Origin: Candidatus Entotheonellaceae bacterium
GTDB taxonomy: Bacteria; Tectomicrobia; Entotheonellia; Entotheonellales; Entotheonellaceae
Length of the DNA stretch: 64,000 bases
Assembly (NCBI GenBank): GCA_965238075.1
Contig: OZ250173.1
Span: 2,176,001-2,240,000 of the forward strand
Direction of reading: 5' to 3'
The notes below the pieces were generated by a model. The model ran no database searches. It worked only from the letters and a program-made list of their open reading frames with translations, and was not told the DNA's origin. This document shows positions 58,629 to 64,000 of the stretch, one piece after another. Both the position numbers and the translations under genes were made by a program. Within the stretch, counting starts at the first letter, position 1; each line of letters opens with the position of its first letter.

Positions 58629-60113
58629 TCAGGATCTCTCGCTTGCAGCGAGCGCGAGGCGGGCCGCGTGGTGGGTTGGCTGGTGTCGTAGGCCGATGGT
58701 GAAAGCGGCGCGGGCTTGCGGTTCGTCGGATTGGGTGCGGTGCGCCATGCCGAGGTAAAAGTGAGCGTCCGCCATGAGAGCGGCGTCCTCGGGCGCGGCG
58801 TCGATGACGTGGCGCAGATGGCTCATGCCGGGAGCGGGGTCGTGGCCGTTGCGGTAGGCCGACATGACGAGAAAGCGGCCCAGCGCCAGATGGGCTGGGG
58901 CGTATACGGGGTCGAGATCAAGAGCGTGTTGCAGGGCGGCGCGGGCCGGGGCGAAGAAATCCCCCTTTTCGAGCACGCTGGCGGTGTGGGCGGCGCCACG
59001 AACGAGATGGTCGGCGAGGCAGACCCAGGCGGCGGGCTGATCCGGCTCGCATTCGGTGGCGCGTCGGGCGGTGGCGATGGCGCTGCCGGGGTCGCCGCCT
59101 TCGGCAAATTCCTGGGCGGCGGTCTGGAACGACGCAACGGTCGTCAACTCCTCACAGGCCGCTGACACGCTGCCGGAGTCGGAACAGGGAATGGCCGACG
59201 GCTTGTATTGCTGCCAACCGGGTTCATCGCCCTCGCCCCGCACTAGGCCGCGGTAAACGCGCAGGATAGCATAGCGCGGCGTGCCCCAGACGACCGGAAT
59301 CGCCGTGATCCATTCGGGCAGTTGCGCCTCCAGATCGGCCAGCAGCGTCGGCAGCGGCATGCCGCGCGCCACCCGGGCGGCGACTTCATCCAGGAAATAG
59401 CGTTCGAGGCGTTTGAGGAGGGACAGGTCCGCCTCGTGGGCCACGGGGCCGTGGCCGGGGAGCACGTGGTCTGGTGCCAGACGCTCGATGGCGGTCAGGG
59501 TGTCCAGCCAGCGCGGTGTGCCCATCAGCCCTTCGTCCATCACCGGCTGGCCGAACATCGGAAAGCTGCCGGTCATCACCGTATCGCCCGCCGCCACGCA
59601 GCCTTCCTGCGGCAGGTGGACCGCCAGGGCGTCGTCCGTTTCCGCGGCGCCCAGCGGCTTCAGCACCAAAAGCTGGTTGCCGAGGTCGATCTCTCGCTCG
59701 CCCGCCACCGCCTCGTCGGCTAGGCAGGGCTCCGGCCCGAGCTCGAAGCCGCGCGAGGCGAGGAACGCCTGCTGCCGGGCAGCCCGCGTGTGCATGAATT
59801 CCCGCGTCAGGGCGCTGGAGACGAGGGCGGCACCGGCATCCCTGAAGACGCCGTTGCCGGCGGTGTGATCCCAGTGATAGTGCGTGTTGACGGCCCAGCG
59901 GAGTGGCTTGTCGGACAACTCCCGCACATGCGCCAGCAGACGCCGCGCCATCGGCGCATTCACCTGCGTGTCGATCACCGCCGCGGCGTCATCCCCCAGC
60001 ACCACCACGCTGTTCACCACGCTGCGGAACAAGTAGACGCGCGGCGTCACCTGTTCCAGCCTGCCGTAGGTGCGGGGGGCAAAGGGCCGCTCGGGCGGCT
60101 TAGCTGACCTCAT
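58629..60113 (-). CDS. MBL-fold metallo-hydrolase with C-terminal TPR repeats
   Basis: VIDTQ, NTHYHWDHTAGN, AGD, PGHG, then TPR-like helices. Confidence 0.85.
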   Translation of the reverse strand: MRSAKPPERPFAPRTYGRLEQVTPRVYLFRSVVNSVVVLGDDAAAVIDTQVNAPMARRLLAHVRELSDKPLRWAVNTHYHWDHTAGNGVFRDAGAALVSSALTREFMHTRAARQQAFLASRGFELGPEPCLADEAVAGEREIDLGNQLLVLKPLGAAETDDALAVHLPQEGCVAAGDTVMTGSFPMFGQPVMDEGLMGTPRWLDTLTAIERLAPDHVLPGHGPVAHEADLSLLKRLERYFLDEVAARVARGMPLPTLLADLEAQLPEWITAIPVVWGTPRYAILRVYRGLVRGEGDEPGWQQYKPSAIPCSDSGSVSAACEELTTVASFQTAAQEFAEGGDPGSAIATARRATECEPDQPAAWVCLADHLVRGAAHTASVLEKGDFFAPARAALQHALDLDPVYAPAHLALGRFLVMSAYRNGHDPAPGMSHLRHVIDAAPEDAALMADAHFYLGMAHRTQSDEPQARAAFTIGLRHQPTHHAARLALAASERS

Positions 60114-61188
60114 AGCGCTTGATGGTCTCGGCGGAGAAGGCGAGCCCCAGGCCGGGCCTGGACGGCACCACCAGTTGGCCGTCCTCGAGGGCCGGGGTTT
60201 CCTCGAACAGACGCAGGCTCCAGGGCATGTACTCGATGGTCAGGCCGTTGGGGATGGCGGCCATCATGTGCACGTGGATTTCCGGCAGCAGGTGGCTGAC
60301 CACCGGCAGGTTGAACGCCTCGGCCATGCCCGCAATCTTCATCCACTGCGTGATGCCGCCGGCGCGCAGCACGTCGATCATGACGATGTCGACGGAGCGT
60401 GCCTCCAGCATGTGGCGGAACGGCACGATGCCGTAGTGGTACTCGCCGGTGGCGATCGGCGTGGTCAGGGCATCGGCAACGCGCGCCAGCCCCTGGAAGT
60501 CGTCGTGCGCCACCACGTCCTCCAGCCAGAACAGGTCGAACGGCGCCAGCCGCCGGCCCATGTCGATGGCCTGGTTGACGTTCCACAACTGGTTGATGTC
60601 GCACATCAGGTCGATTTCGGGGCCGATGCCGTCGCGAATTAGCCGCACACGCTCCAGCTCGCGCTCGACGGTCGACTTGCCGCCAAGCTGCATCTTCATC
60701 TGCCGAAAGCCCATCTCCACTAGGCGCGGCCCGGCGTCCTTCAGGTACGGGGTGGGGAAATCGCGCATCAGGGCGCCGCTGGCGTAGGTGGGGGCGCGGT
60801 CGCGGTAGCCGCCCAGCAGGGCGTGCACGGGTTGGTCGAACGCCTTGCCCTTCAGGTCCCACAGCGCCAAGTCGACAGCCGCCATGGCCAGGGTGAAAAT
60901 GCCGCCTGGTCCGGCGCCGCTGGCCGCCGCGCGCAGCTTGCCAACGATGCCCTCGACGTACAGCGGGTTCTCGCCCACCACCAGGGCGCCCAGCGCCTCG
61001 ACGGCCGCTTGCAGCGACTTGGTCAGCGGGCCGCCGAAGAAGGTCAGCCCGATGCCCGTCAGCCCCGCGTCGGTGCCCAGTTCCAGGGCGACGAACTCGC
61101 GGGTCGCGTCGCCAACCGGCAGTCCGACTACGAGAGGATTGTCAGCCGGTGTGCTCAGCACCCGGGTCTTCACGTGCGTTACGTGCAT
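60100..61188 (-). CDS. Mandelate racemase/muconate lactonizing enzyme family protein
   Basis: AAVDLALWDLKGK, LLGG, KMQ, LMCDINQ, WLED, ATGE, PGLGL. Confidence 0.93.
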   Translation of the reverse strand: MHVTHVKTRVLSTPADNPLVVGLPVGDATREFVALELGTDAGLTGIGLTFFGGPLTKSLQAAVEALGALVVGENPLYVEGIVGKLRAAASGAGPGGIFTLAMAAVDLALWDLKGKAFDQPVHALLGGYRDRAPTYASGALMRDFPTPYLKDAGPRLVEMGFRQMKMQLGGKSTVERELERVRLIRDGIGPEIDLMCDINQLWNVNQAIDMGRRLAPFDLFWLEDVVAHDDFQGLARVADALTTPIATGEYHYGIVPFRHMLEARSVDIVMIDVLRAGGITQWMKIAGMAEAFNLPVVSHLLPEIHVHMMAAIPNGLTIEYMPWSLRLFEETPALEDGQLVVPSRPGLGLAFSAETIKRYEVS

Positions 61189-61225
61189 GTCGTTAGTTCC
61201 TCAAGAAGGCAATGGAAAGGGGTTC

Positions 61226-61303
61226 CGTCGCCCCGGCGAAAGCCGGGGACCAGAATTTTGACCGCACAACAGTCGCTGGATTCCGGCTTGCGCCGGAATG
61301 ACG
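61226..61303. repeat. GTC...CCGG palindromic element (same family as 20447-20551)
   Basis: cgtcgccccggcgaaagccggggaccag...ctggattccggcttgcgccggaatgacg. Confidence 0.8.
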
Positions 61304-61360
61304 ATCTGATGTTCGTTTGGACGACCCAAGCCTGCAATGTCTCGCCGTGCAGCGGCTTGT

Positions 61361-61876
61361 TCAGACCTTCTCCAGATAATCGGGATGCGTGTACCGCCCG
61401 CTCTTGCCGCCGCTTTTGGAGAGCAATTCCACCTCGCCCAGACGCATCTGCCGGTCCAGGCTTTTGCACATGTCGTAGACGGTCAGACCGGCGACGCTGA
61501 CCGCGGTCAGCGCCTCCATCTCGACCCCTGTACGCCCCACGGTGCGCACGGTGGCTTCGAGCCGCACGCAGGCGGCCTCGGCGTCGGGCTGCAGATCGAC
61601 TTTGACGTGGGTGATTTCCAGCGGGTGGCACATGGGAATGAGCGACGATGTCTGCTTGGCGGCCATGATGCCGGCGATGCGCGCCACCTGGAGCACGTCG
61701 CCCTTGCTGATTTCCTGATCGACGATGGCCCGCAGGGTCGCTGCCTGCATGTAGACGCTGCCGCGCGCTACCGCCTGGCGCTCGCTGGTCGGTTTGGCGC
61801 CCACGTCGACCATGTTGGCGCGGCCCTGCGCGTCGATGTGGCTCCAGTGCGGCTCGGCTTTTCTGTCCTGGCTCAC
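61361..61876 (-). CDS. moaC: Cyclic pyranopterin monophosphate synthase
   Basis: MVDVGAK, KGDVL, AGIMAAK.TS.LIPMCHPL, TGVEMEAL, YDMCK, KSGGKSG. Confidence 0.97.
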   Translation of the reverse strand: MSQDRKAEPHWSHIDAQGRANMVDVGAKPTSERQAVARGSVYMQAATLRAIVDQEISKGDVLQVARIAGIMAAKQTSSLIPMCHPLEITHVKVDLQPDAEAACVRLEATVRTVGRTGVEMEALTAVSVAGLTVYDMCKSLDRQMRLGEVELLSKSGGKSGRYTHPDYLEKV

Positions 61877-64000
61877 GCGTCGTCCTCCTCGCCGACCAGG
61901 GCCGTGATGATGGCCGGCACCTGGGCGATTGCTTCCGGCAGCTTACGAATATCGGTGCCGCCGCCTTGGGCCATGTCGGGCCGGCCGCCGCCCTTGCCGC
62001 CGGTCAGCGCCGCCACCTTGCCGAGCAGGTCGCCGGCCGACAGCCGCGCCGTCAGGTCCGGGGTGACGCCCGCCACCAGGGCGACCTTGTCGTCCGCCAC
62101 GCTGCCGGCCACCACGACGCCGGAGCCCAGCCGTTCCTTGGCGGTATCCACGAACGAGCGCAGCGCCTTGCGGTCGAAGTTGTCCAGGCACAGTGCCAGC
62201 GTCTTCATCCCGGCTACCTCTCGAACCTGGCCGAAGTGGTCCTGCGTCTGCGCCGTCGCCAGGCGTTGTTGCAATGCCTCGACCTGCCGCTCCAATTCGC
62301 GCTGCTGCGCGGTGAGGCGCTGCAATTTGTCCAGTTCTTCCTCCGGCTGCGCCTTCAGCACTTGGCGCAAATCGCTGAGCACCCGTTCCTCGCGTTTCAC
62401 TCGCGCGAAGGCGCCGGGGCCGGTCAGCGCCTCGACGCGCCGCACGCCGGAGCCGATGCCGCCCTCGTAGGTCAGGATGAAAAAGCCGATTTCGCCGGTA
62501 GCGCCGACATGTGTGCCGCCGCACAACTCGTGGCTGAACCCCGGCACCTGCACGGTGCGCACGTTGTCGCCGTACTTCTCGCCGAACAGCGCCAGGGCGC
62601 CGCCGGCAATGGCCGAATCGAGGTCCTGCACCGAGGTGGCGAGGGCCGTGTTGGCCCAGATCTGCTCGTTCACCAGTGTTTCGATACGCTCGATGTCGCG
62701 TTCGCTGAGGCGCGAGAAGTGCGTGAAGTCGAAGCGCAGGCGGTCCGGCGCCACGAGTGAACCGGCCTGCTTGACGTGATCGCCGAGCACCTGGCGCAGC
62801 GCGGCGTGCAGCAGGTGGGTGGCGGTGTGGTTCTTGCGGATGGCCTCGCGGCGTTCGGCGTCGATGGCCAGCTCCAGGGGCATGTCGGGCTTGACGACGC
62901 CGCGCTTCACCACGCCCCGGTGCACGATGAGGTCCTCCAGAGGCTTCTGGGTGTCGCGGATTTCGATCTCGACGCCCAGCTCCGGCGCCACGGCGCCGCC
63001 GCTGTCGCCGACCTGGCCGCCGCCCTCGCCGTAGAACGGCGTGCGGGGGAACACCAACTCGATCTCCTGTCCGGGTGACGCCTCCCGAACCTCTTGCTGG
63101 TCCACGATGATTGCCGCCACCGGGGTGGTCGTCCGGTCGGTCGCGTAGCCGAGGAAGTCGCAGCCGCCGACGTGTTGCAGCACGTTCTGGTACACCGGCG
63201 AAACCTGAACCTCGCCGGAACCCTTCCAGGTCTCTCTCGCCTGCCGGCGGGTGCTCTCCAGGGTTGCCTCAAAGCCCTCGCGGTCGAGGTCCATGCCCCG
63301 TTCCACGGCGACTTCCGTAGCCAGATCGATGGGAAAACCGAAGGTGTCGTAGAGGCGGAAGGCTTCCGAGCCGGTAATGCGGTTGCTGCCGTCGGCGTGG
63401 TGCTGCTCCAGCAGGGCGTCCAGTTCGCGCAGGCCCTGGTGCAGGGTGTGCAGAAAACGCTCCTCCTCGCCCAGCAGCGCCTTGGCGACGTAGTCGCTCT
63501 GCTGCGTGAGTTCCGGGTACGCCGCGCCCATGACCTGCAGCACGGCGTCCACCAACCGATACAGGAACGGCTCGTCGAGGCCGAGCATCTTGCCGTGCCG
63601 CGCCGCACGGCGCAGGATGCGCCGCAGCACGTAGCCGCGCCCGGTGTTTTCGGGCCGCACGCCGTCGGCCAACAGGAACACGCCGGCGCGCATGTGATCG
63701 GCGATCACCCGCATCGACACGTCGTCCGCCTGGCCGTCGCCGTAGGGTTTGCCGACCAATTCCTCGACCGCACCGATGATCGGCCGCAGCAGATCGGTGT
63801 CGTAATTGCTGTGTACGCCCTGCAGGATGGCGGCGATGCGTTCCAGGCCCAGGCCGGTGTCGATGTTCTGTTGCGGCAGCGGCGTCAGGTTGCCCTGGGC
63901 GTCGCGGTCGTATTGCATGAACACCAGGTTCCACAATTCGAGGTAGCGGTCACCCTCGCCGCCGAGCACGTCCTCGGGGCCGGTGCCGAGGGCCGGGCCC
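61873..64000 (-). CDS. alaS: Alanine--tRNA ligase (5' end outside the window)
   Basis: ELWNLVFMQY, IDTGLGLER, LYDTFGFP, NHTATHLLH, ELCGGTHV, GKGGGRPDMAQGGG. Confidence 0.98.
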   Translation of the reverse strand, partial: GPALGTGPEDVLGGEGDRYLELWNLVFMQYDRDAQGNLTPLPQQNIDTGLGLERIAAILQGVHSNYDTDLLRPIIGAVEELVGKPYGDGQADDVSMRVIADHMRAGVFLLADGVRPENTGRGYVLRRILRRAARHGKMLGLDEPFLYRLVDAVLQVMGAAYPELTQQSDYVAKALLGEEERFLHTLHQGLRELDALLEQHHADGSNRITGSEAFRLYDTFGFPIDLATEVAVERGMDLDREGFEATLESTRRQARETWKGSGEVQVSPVYQNVLQHVGGCDFLGYATDRTTTPVAAIIVDQQEVREASPGQEIELVFPRTPFYGEGGGQVGDSGGAVAPELGVEIEIRDTQKPLEDLIVHRGVVKRGVVKPDMPLELAIDAERREAIRKNHTATHLLHAALRQVLGDHVKQAGSLVAPDRLRFDFTHFSRLSERDIERIETLVNEQIWANTALATSVQDLDSAIAGGALALFGEKYGDNVRTVQVPGFSHELCGGTHVGATGEIGFFILTYEGGIGSGVRRVEALTGPGAFARVKREERVLSDLRQVLKAQPEEELDKLQRLTAQQRELERQVEALQQRLATAQTQDHFGQVREVAGMKTLALCLDNFDRKALRSFVDTAKERLGSGVVVAGSVADDKVALVAGVTPDLTARLSAGDLLGKVAALTGGKGGGRPDMAQGGGTDIRKLPEAIAQVPAIITALVGEEDDA

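Overview
GC-rich bacterial chromosomal window. Housekeeping and metabolic blocks: a nuclease-helicase fusion running off the left edge, a Dpp/Opp-type ABC transporter operon, an HD hydrolase, metK, engB, a MoxR/VWA/DUF58 operon, moaC, and alaS running off the right edge. These are interleaved with accessory and defence patches. (i) About 8.9-15.2 kb: toxin-antitoxin genes and a cassette-like array in which four copies of the 3' end of an S24 (LexA/CI-type) peptidase gene each precede a different cargo, all bracketed by a 189-bp hicB direct repeat. (ii) About 18.4-20.4 kb: an Eco29kI-family GIY-YIG endonuclease with an amino-methyltransferase. (iii) About 29-36.5 kb: an island that splits the MoxR operon and carries a two-gene unit made of a Gly-start partner protein and a QueC/QatC-like enzyme fused to a PD-(D/E)XK nuclease, plus TA pairs and shards of defence genes. 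(iv) About 45.5-58.5 kb: a type 3 BREX locus with brxHII apparently deleted and an AlbA/Schlafen-like gene inserted. Several REP-like palindrome families occur between genes. I saw no rRNA, tRNA, CRISPR array, integrase or transposase. All family calls come from motif recognition by eye, not database searches.
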